The position numbers and the translations under genes were made by a program. 64,000 nucleotides of DNA from Proteromonas lacertae (lineage: Eukaryota): NCBI GenBank assembly GCA_002245135.1, contig NGBS01000001.1, forward strand, positions 434,001 through 498,000, given 5' to 3'. Below, piece by piece: positions 1 through 14,669 of the stretch; position 1 is the stretch's first letter; each line of letters starts with the position of its first letter. Below the pieces are notes generated by a model. It worked only from the letters and a program-made list of their open reading frames with translations, was not told the origin of the DNA and ran no database searches.

Positions 1-350
1 ATCATATTAATTAGTTTGTTGAATCAAATAAACAGGGAGGAACAAGATTTATCGCTGACTTAGTAGAAGGATTGAAATCCTACTTCAATAAAGCATTACC
101 ACTAATTCTACTCTATAAATCAGAAAGACATCAATATGAACAATTTCAAAACTCAATACCGTCATCTATATATGGAGCAGAACATTTTTTTAGATTATTT
201 GTAAAGTTGCCTGAATTAATACAAAATTATAAAGGAATGACAAATAAAGAATTGCAATTGCTACTTAGAGCATTTTTAGACATTTTAAATTTTATTAATA
301 AAAAAGAAGCGTATTTCATTACTAAATCTCAATACATTTCTTTAGATTGA
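1..350 (+). CDS. EAF3: MRG-domain protein (MRG15/Eaf3 family), 3' part only
   Basis: Motifs GLKSYFNKALPLILLYKSER and PSSIYGAEHFFRLFVKLPEL match the MRG domain. Intron acceptor at 13-14, TGA at 348-350. Confidence 0.85.
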
Positions 351-448
351 TAAATATTGATAATATTATTGTGTTGTTGTTAAAAAAAACATATAATTTA
401 TTGAAAAAAATCATTTCTTTACATTACATAAAAACATATAAATCACTA

Positions 449-1152
449 TTACAATTTCAAAGATTCTCTTGTAGCATCATCTAATGAAATATCATCATAA
501 CCAGTAGCAACTAAATCTCTGTTTTGTAAAAGAACTAGAAAACGCAAACAAGGAACTGTATATCTAAGTAGTTGAACAATTGGAACAAGTAACTCTTCAT
601 ACTATATTTATATATATTATTATTTCTCTCTATATATACATATTCATCATTCAAGGCATGAAACCATAATATAACAAAACATAACAGCGATAAAGATCCA
701 GTTGAAATATAAAGCATAGATATAGGAGATGTTAGAGGCTACAACAAAAATATATCAATATTCAATATAAATACTTGTTGTGTCGATAGAAAATAAAGTA
801 TGATTTCGATTAATAACGAGATTGTCAAGAATGCTTCACAATAAACAAACAGATTGTAATGAATTGGTCTATTATACTAATAATATAATAAAATACTTCC
901 CACTCGAGTAAAACACCCACACAATCACTATGAAACTAAGAATAACTGTAAACAGGGAATATATGTTGTTGCATGATGAAAATTCGATCTAATTTTATTA
1001 CTAAGAATAGAAGTATATACTCTAGCAGATATTACCTTTATAAATTCAGATAAAGACATGTGTCCTCTTTAAATATATCATCCAAATGTATACCTTGGAG
1101 ATGGCAAATAAGAATAATTTATTGGTTTAACCATTTCATTAACAGGTTGCAT
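449..1152 (-). CDS. Small 4-TM protein resembling a stand-alone voltage-sensor (S1-S4) domain
   Basis: Manual splicing of 5 GT-AG introns gives an open frame MQPVNEMVKP...ATRESLKL*. It has an S2-like FVYCEAFLTISLLIEIILYF and an S4-like LLRYTVPCLRFLVLL. Confidence 0.6.
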
Positions 1153-1264
1153 TAAAAAAAGGAAATATTTTTTGATAATTACAAGCTTTATTTGATCAAA
1201 ATGAAATTACTATTTTTTGAAATAACTGAATAGAAACAAATATAAAACAGATACTAATAGTATT

Positions 1265-4200
1265 TTAATAGTTATATATTCCAAACATGCCAAATTCAAT
1301 TGCTTTTAACATTTTCTCTTTACATTTCTCATAAGTTTCATAAGGAGGTAAATCTATAGTAAAGAAACATGTATGAACTAAAGGTAGCATATCAGTACTT
1401 CCAATAAACATTCTTATTGTAAATTTTTCCTTCCAGACAGCTTGTATTGGTAATCTGTATGATCCAGTTGCAAAGTACAGCCATTTACTTTTTTCAATAT
1501 TAGATAATTCATGCTCAAATATATTCCAAAAGTTTTTAATTACCTGATCATTTTCTTCATAACCTTTATAAACTGTATTTGCTTTTATTATTTTTACATC
1601 TATTTCTGGCTTACCACACACCAAAAGCTCTAATTCTGGATAAGATATTGTGCTTAATACAGCAACTGGTATTACATCTAAGATACCTTTATGAATGTTT
1701 CTAATTTGACTTATAAACTGTCTCTTTCTTAAATTACAGAAACTCGCTATCATATCTGTATCTTTTGTAATTGTAAAGAAACAATTATCTACTGTTTTGT
1801 CAGATATTATTGGCTCTTCTGTTAGATGTGGTTTTATACTGAATTTCTTATGCAATCCTTTTAATCTCATTTCATCTTCAATTTTATCATTTAGACTCTT
1901 TTGTATATCTTTACATTTCTCAATTGATAGTTTATCATACATTGATATATCACTTTCAATCAACTCCAAATTTGGATCATATATTAATTTCCAAATAAAC
2001 TGAGGAAATGGAAATACTAAATTCAATCTATTCCTTATTGAAATACCCATTATTCTTCCTATCTGTCTATATAACTCAGAATATTGAGGTGTTGAAAACA
2101 ATGCATTTGGAATATACAATTCTTCTGAACATGGAATAGTCAGTTTCATATTTGAATGGAATATTTCATCTGAAATTACTGTTAATGCATCTCTAAACAA
2201 ACCACCTTCATCTATACCTACTTGACCTTCATATGTTATTCTAAAACATCTATCATTATTCTGAAATAATGATATTGGTTCATTCGATAATACACGATAT
2301 AATTGAATAAACATACATCTTGATTGAAAAGGGTTTGAAACAGTGTTATCATGATCAATATTTGCTATATAAGAATTTAGGGATATATCTTTTGCTTGAG
2401 TCTTTGATTGGTATGAAGAGAGTAATCTAACTACAATATTTTCACGATCTTTGAATGGTATATACTTCATTCCTTCTTTTAAATAATTACCAAACGAAAA
2501 TTCATAATTTAATGATATATCTACAAAATCAGCAATATTTGTCCACACTTTATGGTATAAATTCAAAAGACCAATATATAAATTAATCTCTCTTATATTT
2601 CCATACTCTATTCTCAATTCTGACAATTTAAAATTGTTTCTAAGCGAACAGAATTCCAAGCGCCCATCACAATCATTTACCAATCTCTGTATTTCTTTAT
2701 CAAAGTAGGTTTCTTTTCTCATTTTTTTCATATTGTTATGCACTTCAATCATATTGTTATGTACTTCCATTGTATTATCATTAATAAACCTATCAATTTG
2801 TTCTTGTTTCAATTTTGCCTCATGTTTATGCACACACACAATTGATAATTCCAATTCTAATTCTTCAAATTCATTTCTATGACTCTCAGGTAATAATACA
2901 GCAAATGAAAATTGAGAAAATGGTATATTATCTAATATTTTTGTATTATTTGATTCATATTTTATCATTATTCTATCTTTACAATAAGTAATACATTCAA
3001 ATGGGGATGGAATATGACTTGGTTTATCAATTATGAAAGTAAATGAATCATTATCATCAAACTTGTTTGAAAAGTCTTTTTGATACACTTCAATATATTT
3101 TTCTTTAAATGTGTCGGAATCTTTACAACTATTAATATTTTTCTTTTCCTCTCTAATTATTCCTGATATAACAGAAGATATTGTTATTTCTGGATTGCCT
3201 TTTTCTTTAAGAATTGTGATAAAATCATAAGGATATACACTATTAATCCAAGCTGTTAAATTCAGGCTATGTTTAAAGTATCTTTGATTATCTTCATCAT
3301 CATCTAATTTTTGGATGAAATATTTGTGAAATGGAATAAAATATCTAAAATATTCTCTAAAACTATCAGCTGTTGTATCTTTCAAAATAGGCTCAAAGAA
3401 TCTAGAACATTGAATTTGATTATTTACTATGTTAGTTATATGAACTTGAATCTCTCCACACAATTTATATTCTATATACAACAATATAAATAATTACAAT
3501 ATATACTTAATGGAACAAGTCTTTTATATTTGTTATAATCTTCAAATACTTTGTATATATCTTTTAAAGAATCGTTAAACATTTTTATATCTTCATTTCC
3601 TCTCATGATATATATTTTTTCTTCCACATGACTATCTTCAGGAACTCTATTTGCTTTTCTATAAGATTGTATTAATATTGATGGTTCTGATAATATGATA
3701 ATCAACATCTTCAAATGCTCCATTGTACCAAATCTTACTATTTCTTTCATTATTGTTTCAAAACACTATTTATAGATAATATGGTATAATAATATACTTT
3801 AATAATATATCCTGAATGTCTTTCAATTATTTCTTCTTTCTTTTCTAACAGTTTTGTACTATAAATATTTTCAAAGAATGTTTCTACAATCCATAAACCA
3901 TATGATAAATGTGGTATAGATAAAATATCATATGGAGATTCCCATTTTCTATTATATAATTCGTAAACATCACAATTAAAATATCCACATCCTGTTAATC
4001 TTTTTTCTCTTATATATTCTATTGTTACATAATTACCATATATTATATATGTTCCTAAATGATCTCCAAATAAGACATGCTTTTGATATTCGCCTTGTAT
4101 TCTAATACAACATTCATTCCTTTCACCCAATTTAGAATTATAGAATTTCAATAATAGTCTATTACTATCAGGATTGATATTATTACGATTAGTATGTTCA

Positions 4201-7200
4201 ATTGTTTTACATATTGTTTCTTGAATGTCACAATTCTTATCTGGTATATGTGAAATATTTTCTATCAATCTCACTTTGGTTGTATCATCATTAAATGAAC
4301 AATTCATCAATAAATGCTTAAATAACTCTTTCAATATTTCATTACAACAATCCATATTATCCAAAGAATAGAGATAATTTAAAAAATTCTTTCCTTTATT
4401 ATATAGTGGTATTAAATCAAGAATATGAGTAAACATATCAGACGTTTGATACATTATATATTTTCTTAATGATATTGTGTTTTCATACACATCATTATTC
4501 TCATTATTCTCACCGTTTTCTTCTTTTTTATCATCCACATCCACTCCTTCTCGATCACTATTATCTGTATAATTGTGATTACTAAGAATGGATGATGGTC
4601 CCATTTCTTTTTTTGTATTCATTGTTAAATCTTCATCTGTTACTATTACTTTTAATTCTATTATGTCATAAGAAAATATTTTATCAATTAAATAGGTTGA
4701 GTATTGTCTAAGCATACATTTTCCTAATGCCAAACCTTGAGCAATTAATATATTCTTTGGATTCTCAATATAATTAGCCAAATTCTCTGGAATAATATCA
4801 TAATGAAGTAAACCAGCTATTACAAATGATAATAAAGTTTAATATACTCTTCGTGTTGATATATCTCACAACCAATACAGTTTCACAACTACTAATCTGG
4901 CCTAATCCTTCATTCAATTTAATTACATCATATTGTTTTAACTTTGACACAGCTTTCTTTCCATCATCATTTTCAATATTTATTACTGTTCTCCCAAATG
5001 TTAAATAAGAAATAGTAGGAAATTGATTATTCAAAGAGTCTTTCTTTTTATTTTCAGGTATAGGTGAAACAAAAATATTCTTAGCGACAGATACAATTCT
5101 TCCTATTAATCTTGATGAGTCAACAATAATAGTTGAATTTTTTAATGGTTCTATATTCTTTAATGTTTTTGGTTTGAAATTATAATAACTATGCCTTGTA
5201 GCTTCTCGAATTGCTTGTAATTGTGTAGCATCTACAATTGATGAACAGCTGAATGAATCATTAACATTCTTCTCAGGACAATTAAAATGCTTATCATCTG
5301 TTATATGTGGTTTTCTATCTCTAATTGGCACTAAGTGCTATAACAACAGATAATAATAATTACATTATATATTATTATACTCTATTGATCTCTACTTCCA
5401 ATGATAACATTTTTCTAAACTCATCTGGATTTTCAATTGCTTTTTGTATCATAAAATCGCTAAAATCTCCAACTTCAGTAACTTCATCAATTGCTTCTTT
5501 TGATATTTTGATATTCTCTTCATTAATAAAAGGTTTGTATGAATAATTATAATAAGTGTATAATTCACATATTACCTGACTAATTATTACCTCTAAATCT
5601 TCTGAACAAATATGAGGATATCTATTCAGTTTGGTCATCTTAAATAACTCCTAATAAAAATAAAGCATATACTGTTTATACTTCTATTGATTTCTCCAAA
5701 CATTTTAAACACTCTACTCTTCCAGATTGATATTTCAAGCATTTCAGAATAGTGCATTTCAATAGCATCTTCTGTAGTGATTCAGCTGCACTGGAGCATA
5801 ATACTACATCGTTTAATTTTCTATTTATTATCTATTTCAATTAACATATAAGATATAATACGTCTTTAATAGTATCTCTTTTAAAAAAATCAGGTAAGTA
5901 TCTAATTTGATTCATTTCATATGGAATTACATCCTCAAATTTAATCTCAAGTGGATGATCTAAATCATCTTGGCCAAATACTACCATCAACATTTTTGTC
6001 TTAAAATTCAATTCAACTATTCTGGCAATATCTTTTGTTTGTTTAAGCTGTACACTTCCTCCTTCACAATATGTTTGATTATAGCCTCCTAAAACACTAA
6101 ATATACCGTATACATATTTTGTTTGATTCAACTTCATCATTTTTTACTATTTCTATATACTTCACAAATGAATCTAAAATATGATGCTATTCAATAGATA
6201 TTGTATAAGTAATATGATGATATGATATACTTTATTAGCGTATTTGTGAATTAATTTGATTATCTGATAATTTCTTGCTTCTTTAACATGAGACATGAAT
6301 ACTTCATGTATATCTGAATCATCTTTTGGAGGAATCATTAAATTTGAAATTGTATTAATAAAAATAAAAACAATTTCTTCGAAAAAATTTCCTTTTCCTA
6401 CTTTATACATATTCATTTTTCCTTCTTCAACTTTATTCTCTTCATATTTTGCATGTTTATCCAAAATATCCATCCATTTGCCAAGTGTTAAAAATAATGC
6501 TCTATTTAATTCTGGTCCAGCATACTTAAGTATGTATTTTAGATTGTCCAGCATAGTATTTTCTTCATGTACTTCTTCAAACATTTTTACATAATTTATT
6601 TCTTTACATCTTTCCATGATTATTGATCTAATTCGTTAAAAAAAATAGAAATGATTAATATACAAATTGTATAACTCATTACAGCAATGTTGTTCTGCAA
6701 GATATCTTCCATAATTGTATTGTTGATATTTTTTACCCTTTTCGTGCAATACCTCATCAATTTCTTTACATAAATGTTCTATTTTATTCACTTTATTTTC
6801 ATTAAAAATATCTCTTAATGGTTTTATGAGTGATATGAAACTATTCGCATACCTTGCAGTATATTTTATAATTTTATAACTAAAAGCAATACTAGTGTAA
6901 CAAAAATCTTCATTGTTCTCATTTTCATCATCATATTTAAAAGATAATTGTTTAGAACATAATTCGTTTAACATTTTTTCATACTTTATTATAAATTTCT
7001 CTTCTTTTATGTTTGGTATTGGAACTTCATATTTACCTTTATCTTCACCTTCAAATATATCAATATCAGTTGATACTTTAGTAATTTCACGAAGTTCTGA
7101 ATGAACCAAGTTGTAATATGCTAAACATAAAGGCAGTTGGCTAATTGGTGGAAGATATCTTATATTCCATATTTTGTATATATCATATTTTGATTCATTG

Positions 7201-10200
7201 AGAGAACACATTATTAGGTGTTGAATATGTTTTTAGATCATCAAATATTCCTGACTTTTTTAATTCTTCATAATCATTTTCTGTATAATCTAATGTTATA
7301 TCAAGAATTGCAGCAGAAAACAATGAAGGAAAGAAATTATTTTCAGAATCGTTAGTTTTTTTCTTACCCATACAAGCACTTGACATTTTAGCTATCCCTT
7401 TTAATGAATTAAACCTAGAATAATTAATACACAAAAGTATTATATTTATACAATTTCCAATATTCTTCTGTTACACTGTTACACTCATCTCTTTTACAAC
7501 CTCTAATGTTGCATAGGAAATGATGAATACTATAGATTGAATCATTTAGGACTATTTGAGTTAATATTGGCTATTATAAACAATTAGATTATTAATATAC
7601 AGCTAAATGCTGGAACTAAAATTCTTATTATTGAGAAGATAGCTGCTTTTGACTTGATTTTTTCACAACAATCCTTGATTACAGAGATTCCATAACTTCT
7701 ATCCTCAGCTCTTTCTGTTCTTATATTCACAGCTTTCTCAATCTTTTCTTTCATATCATTATCATACATTATTAAATTACTCCAAACATACATAAGCCAT
7801 TCTTCAATTTTCTTACTATTAGTAGAATTATGTATATCAGGTTTAAATGTTGAGTAAAAATCAATTGCATTTTTTAACTAATAAAAATATATACAGAAAC
7901 AATACCTTTTCTATACCATTCACATTATCTTTATTATCGATGAAATACTTTGAAACATTGTTAATCATCTAGTACATAAACAAATAAGTATCATTATACA
8001 TGATTATTAAGTAAGTTACATAATACTCTTTTGTCTTCTTCTTCAAGTCTTTTAGATATTTCTTCACCTTCAAATAACTTACATAAATACTTTTTATCAT
8101 CAAACTGATTCTTATTATAACAATAACAATAAATCATATTATCTAATCAATATAAACATACAAAAATGAATATACAATATTTATCATATATATCTTTATA
8201 TTCATTGTATTTGTATAACATTTTTGTTGTATTATCTTCAATTCTTTGTTTCATATCAGTTTCACATGAGTCACTTTTGTATAATGAATTATTCAAAAAG
8301 TTTTCTATTTCCTGTTCTTTATACTTCTCTGAATCACAACCTTTTATTACTCTAAAACATAAATACTTCAAAACATTACACAATTCATTTTCCATTATAA
8401 TGTGAGATGGAATTTCTTCTGCAAAATTTGGATCAGGACCTATATTTCATATTAAAAAAAAAGTATTTATACTTTCATTTGTTATTGATATTTCAATATT
8501 ACCTTTTAAATAAATTAAAAGAATATATTTCCCTTTGTTAACATCTCGTCCTAGTTCATTTACATTGAATATATCATCTGATTCTATACCATTCACAAAT
8601 AACTTCAATATTCCATTTCTTAAATCAGAAATACATCTAATTTTCATACCACTTTCCAGATGAATTGGTTTTCTTACATTTGATTGAAGTCGATTGTTTA
8701 TCCACATAGATCCATCACTGCAATAACAATAATCACCTGTAGGTGCTTTAATAGTATCATTAGTTATTTCTGATTTAATTATACTAAAAGCAATTTCACT
8801 TTCTCTTCTACATTTATTAATATATATTACATGTGAAAAATATAACCCTTTTTTATTAGTACCACTTGGTGATTGAATAGAATAACACTTCCATATTGAA
8901 GTATCATTTTCACATATAAATCTTGCTTCTTGAAGCTCTTCAACATTTTTATAATTATAATGTTTTTCCCTAAAATTTCTATCTTCTAACTGTTTCTTAA
9001 GTATTTCATCATCCAATAATATTGGTCTAAAGTATGCTACAATAGGATAAAAATCATTAGTAGGAACAATAAAAACTGTAGCTACGCCATAACTGAATTT
9101 GCATTTAGAATTAATGAAATGTGGTTCACACAACTCAACAAATTCTTCATGATACTTAATAAATTCTTTATTTCTTATATCATTCCAATAATCTCCATAT
9201 CTAGTTTCTCTTGAAGTAATTGTATACTTCTTATCTTTCATTAAACGAATAATTGACACAGTTTCATAAGCATATCTATATATATAGTAAGATAAATTTA
9301 GATTATATATATACCCATATTCATCAATTGGAGAATTAGAATCACAATTAATCTTACATATAACTTCATTATTTTCATTTCTCAGTAGTATAATGTGATT
9401 ATCATTCAATGCTTTTGAATTATCTTCTTGGTTTGTCATGACATAACGACCAATGCTGAAAACCATTAAATTCTGTTTAGGAATAAAACTATAACCAACT
9501 TCACCATCGTAATTATTTCTAAGACATTTTGTTGCATTATTTATGGAGGTTAATATATTTCTAGGTGGGAAATCAAATTGACTACTTGACCAATATAATT
9601 CAAGAAATTTCAAATATTTCTCACTCTCCTATATATATATATATATATTTAATCTATACTATATTATCTTTAACTTCATTAATCTTTTCATCATACAATA
9701 TGACAAAACTATGTAATTCTTCAATCATTCTCCTAATACAATCGTTGAAAGAATAATCATCGCTTTTAATATATTTACATAAATAATCACATAATTCAAT
9801 CACTATAGGAATATAGAAATGAATTTTTGTCTTTTTCTCCTTTACATTTCTATTGATTATATCATATATTTTCACATCATTGAGTTTATGCATAACAATA
9901 ACAAAATAATTTGATAATATTTCCTCTCTTAGGTCAATATCATCCAAATAATTACAGTAAGATAATTGAACTTGTTGCAGTTTTAATAGAAACTTTGAAA
10001 ATCTCACTTTCATTGTTTTTATTACAATTTCATTTGCTTCATATTCCATTTCTATAACAGATTTATGATATGCATTAAACAGCTTGTTCCACAAATCAAT
10101 ATATTTTTTATTTAATATAACTTTATTATCATCATTCTCAAACATTAAAACAAGAAGATGAGGTGTTTTCATTATTTCATCTAAAAACATATTAAAGAAA

Positions 10201-12855
10201 ATTACATTCTTTGCATCAAGTGCTCTTTCTGATATAAAATCTAAACGTTCAACTACAGATGGAAACAGATACACAATCCCATTAGCAAACATATCTACTA
10301 AAGATTTTGTCAATATTCTTGTAGGTTTTTCAAATTCTTTTAATGCTTCATTTAGTAAACGTATTATCTTTTTTGTCAGGATAAATCTATTTGTATCATA
10401 ATCTAAAACCCAAAATCCATAATCAATTGGATTTAGATTATTGTATGAAATATGCTTGAAATAATTACCAAATATATGAATGACTTGATTCTTCATTTCT
10501 GTATTATAAAGATCCATTAACAATTCTATACACTCATTTGTCAAATCTAACCAATTGATTGTAATATCATACTTTATTAATTCACAATAACTACTATTAC
10601 TGACTAGATCAATAAGAGAAAGTATCTAAATAATAAATAATAATATATATATATATATATGAATAAAAAATACATAAGCTTCATCACCTTTGTTTTTATT
10701 ACCAACAGTTTTAAATTGAAGATAGTCTGTTTCTTTCATCAGATGACAATTCTTACATATAACTCTCAATGCTTTATATGACTTTTCAGATTTTTTGTTA
10801 AAACATACTTTGAATGAAATATCTTTGTTTTGTGGTATTTTTATATCAAGAAACAAATTAGATGGTATTTGGTTAATATTTTTTTCTTCTAACACATTAT
10901 CATCACTATCTTCAACTCCTATGAATCATAAATCAGTAATATGTATATACTCAAAATAGCTTCTGTTGGAGTATTATCACTATATAAATAGAAGCAAATT
11001 CCACCAATAAAATGAGTATAATACTGACTATTGAATCTCCATATTCGACTAACAGCATCACCTCTATTCATATTAACATCAAAATATTTAACATTATCAT
11101 ATTGTCCATTAACGTTTGAATCATACAATATTCTTTCACAATTATCATTAATCGTAACAGGATAATTCTGAAAGTCAATGTTCTTTGAGTTATATGGACT
11201 AAAATAAAGTGATATATACTCCACACTACCTTTACTTTGGAATGTAACTATAGGATGTAAATGATCTATATCTTCATTAATTTTGAATATTGGAACAAAT
11301 GGATCATTATTAATAGCAATAAATACATCTTTTGAAATACTATTGTAATAGAAATGTATTTCATCACCAACAACTGGAGGTTTATAACCACACTTTCTTT
11401 CTTCGCCAAGATCAAATAATTCTGATCTGTATAATGAATATAGCCAAAACATATCACTTTTTATATATTGATTATAAAAATAGGGATATTCAGATTTTGT
11501 TAAGCCAATACATATATTATCGCCATTTAAATATTTGAATGTCCAAACATATTTTCCATTATTTATCAGATTAATAGGCAAAAGAGCATAATCATTACTA
11601 TTACTACATCTATTACAATTAATTATATTACCATCATATGCAATTCCAGATGTACAATGAAATATATCAAACTTACAATCTTCCATTATGTATTTGTTAT
11701 AACTGTTATTAACCAGTTTTGTGTAAAAAAATGAGTTTTCAAGATGTTTAATGAATTTTGGTTTTATTTCTTCAATTTCTTTCCTATAATCTTTTAAACA
11801 ATTTACAAACCTCAACGTTGTAATAACTGGAGTTGGATTATACCCTTCATCTGTGTATTTTTTAAAATCCTCTATAAAATCATTCATCTTCTTTTCTGGT
11901 AGTTGAATAATAGATTCATCTTGAGGTAATTGATGTTTTTCAAATAATCTAATATCACAAACTGGACATACTGAATCTACAGTCCTTATATTGAATCTAT
12001 AAATATATGGATTATATATATATATACTCTATTGTATCAGTTACTACATTTATTGGTATAACAATTTCATCTTCTTTCGTATCTTTATGATATGATAATT
12101 TATATCCATTCCAATCAACAATAACTGTAATATCAACAGTGTATGGAGTTCGGTTGAATCTTATCTATAGAAATAAAACATTATAAATTCATATAAACAT
12201 ACATAAACCATATTAACTTCATGCTGATCATTCAACAAACCTTTCCATTGGTATAAACCACTTTCTGGGCTTGAAAAATAATCCCCAATTTTGATTGCCG
12301 AATGATATGTAGATTTATATAAACAAGATGATGAAAATGGAATTATCAGATATGTCATTTTATCTTTAGGAAGAAATTGATTATCTAATCTGGCATATTT
12401 ATTTTTATAAATTCTCTAAGAAAATAGAAACAAAATAGCATACGCCTCCTCCTGAAATGTCACATCTAACAAAATGAGCTTTAGGTGACATTCTATATAT
12501 CATAATAATGTAGATTAGATTGTTGATTATCTCTGACATATCATCAATTGTCTATAACATTTAAAAAAAATATTTATACAGCAAACTCTCTACTACAAGG
12601 AATTTTTCTGATGTACATCCTAGATTGTCTACTTCTTATTAGCAACTCTTGCTTGAATATTTTCTCATCATCTTCATCCTCAAATTCATAGTCTAATAAC
12701 CTTTTATATTTTATTTTTCTTAATAACTTCCTTCCATCAGAGTAAAATGGTTGAAGAACTTGTGTATCACTTAAATTGTTTGTAATCTTATTTGAGACGC
12801 TCAAGTATAATGGATGTAATATTTTAATAGATCTAAAATGTTTATTTCTATCCAT
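1265..12855 (-). CDS. Giant HECT E3 ubiquitin ligase with two SPRY-like domains (roughly 3,600 aa)
   Basis: C-terminal HECT domain (GIDEGGLFRD, FATGSYRLP, LPLVHTCFFTIDLPPY with catalytic Cys). SPRY-like segments lie at about 8500-8850 and 11200-11600. The ORF pieces join through short GT-AG introns, except for three +1 breaks (about 6110, 7210 and 7545-7605). Confidence 0.85.
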
Positions 12856-12924
12856 TTTTACATCAAATTATTTTCTATATATTTGAACGACTATAATTTT
12901 GAAACAGTTAATTTTGTATTTTTA

Positions 12925-14091
12925 ATGGTATACTTGCATTATTTTCATTAATACTAGGAAAGCAGTGATGAAGATTTATTTGGATCTGACAATGAAGGAG
13001 ATAATCATACAGCACAACCACAATCACAGACAAACACACAAACTGAGATACAACCATCTCAATCACAACCAGAGATCATAAGTGAAGAGTTTCAATCACA
13101 GTCTCAATCAAGTTTATCACAAAACAATAATATAAAGTATGATTATGTATTGTTATAGAAATTAGTGCTTTGCAAGTTTCCGATGATGATGCTGATTTAT
13201 TTGGTGATGAAGAAGATAATGGTATTCCAGAACAGACAAATATAGAAGATTTTTCTACTAAAGAAGTTATTCCACCTCCTCCATTACCACCAAAGTATTA
13301 TTATTTAGTATATAGTTTTAAAACAACATAGACCCTCTGGACCTTCCGAGAATTTAAAATCTGCAAGATTAGTGAATTGTACTATGGAAGAAACTCCTGA
13401 ACCAGATAGAAATATTCCAATGCATTTACTATTAGTGTCAAACATATTTGATATCTGTCCAGACGCTTATGATCCAGATACATTTGATGAAGCAGCTGAA
13501 GAGAATAGAGTAACACAGAAGAAGGGAATAGCTGGTTTAGAACATGCAGTAATAAGATATAAATATGCAAAAGATGATGACGGTAGTGTATTACACGATG
13601 CCAAAGGTAATAAAGTGTTAGAGACTAATACAAGAATAGTAAAGTGGGAAGATGGATCATACCAATTACAAATAGGAGAAGAAAGTTATAATTTAGATTT
13701 TGAAGATATATCTTCAGAAAATGGATTTTTGTATGGTTCACAGATAATTAATGCTGAAGGTAATTCTACAACGTATTTAGCAGCAAAAGGACCCATTGAT
13801 TCAAAGATGATTGTTACTCCAGAAAGCGAAGCAAGTTTAGTAAATAAAGTGATTATATATCACTATAAGAATGCTGATTATACACAAGAAATCAATAAGA
13901 ATCAATTAGAACCAGCTATCTATAGTGAATCAAAAATGAAACAACAACAAGAGAAGAGAGATACAACTAAGAGAATGAATAAGAACAGATTATCAAATAG
14001 ATCGAAGAAATCAAAAGCAATAGCTGTAGAAGATATTCAAGTAGATGATGAAGGAGATAGTGACAGTGATGTCTTTTCTGATTCAGATTAA
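12925..14091 (+). CDS. LEO1: RNA polymerase-associated protein Leo1 (Paf1 complex)
   Basis: ETNTRIVKWEDGSYQLQIGEE matches the Leo1 core, and the N-terminus has acidic DLFG repeats. Three introns, the first immediately after the ATG. Confidence 0.85.
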
Positions 14092-14190
14092 ATTTAAATT
14101 TTTGTATTTTTTCTTCTTAAATGATTAATTTATGAAATTTTCAATAAATTGACAATAAAAAGGTAATAAATAAAATAAAATAAATACATA

Positions 14191-14610
14191 TTATTCACTT
14201 TCATAATACTCATCTTCTGGATTAACATTTTTTCTAGTACACATAGCATATAATGCAAATCCAATTAGTGCTCCTATTACTTTAGGAACCCACCCATATT
14301 TAAATGAAGTAATATTAATTTCATCATTTCCTAGAACAACGATTGAAGGTAATCTAACCATATATCCTAAAATTGATGATTTGATTTGTAAACAAAGATA
14401 CAATGAAAATAAATTGTGTCTTAAATGGATGAGTAAATGTGAAATTATCTAATAAATAATAAAAATTACAAAGATAATATTATACCTATTCCAGAAAATG
14501 AATTATTCAATACTAAATCAATAACTGGATCTGTAGTTATATTATCAATTGAATAAGTCAATATTGAATTATATGATATTAAAACAACATATCGAGGAAA
14601 AGTAGCAAGC

Positions 14611-14669
<59 letters not shown>

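Noticed and set aside
476..506. Alpha-galactosidase-like motif (GYDDISLDD)
   Set aside because: It is only the short tail of a 4-TM protein, with no other glycosidase motifs.
5690..5830. GC-richer HECT exon with repeated TGAAATGC, possible embedded RNA
   Set aside because: It splices in frame as an ordinary exon, and I could not find a convincing structure.
14367..14401. Second U12-like donor GTATCTTT on the minus strand
   Set aside because: No acceptor gives an open frame (the options produce stops), so it is probably exonic.
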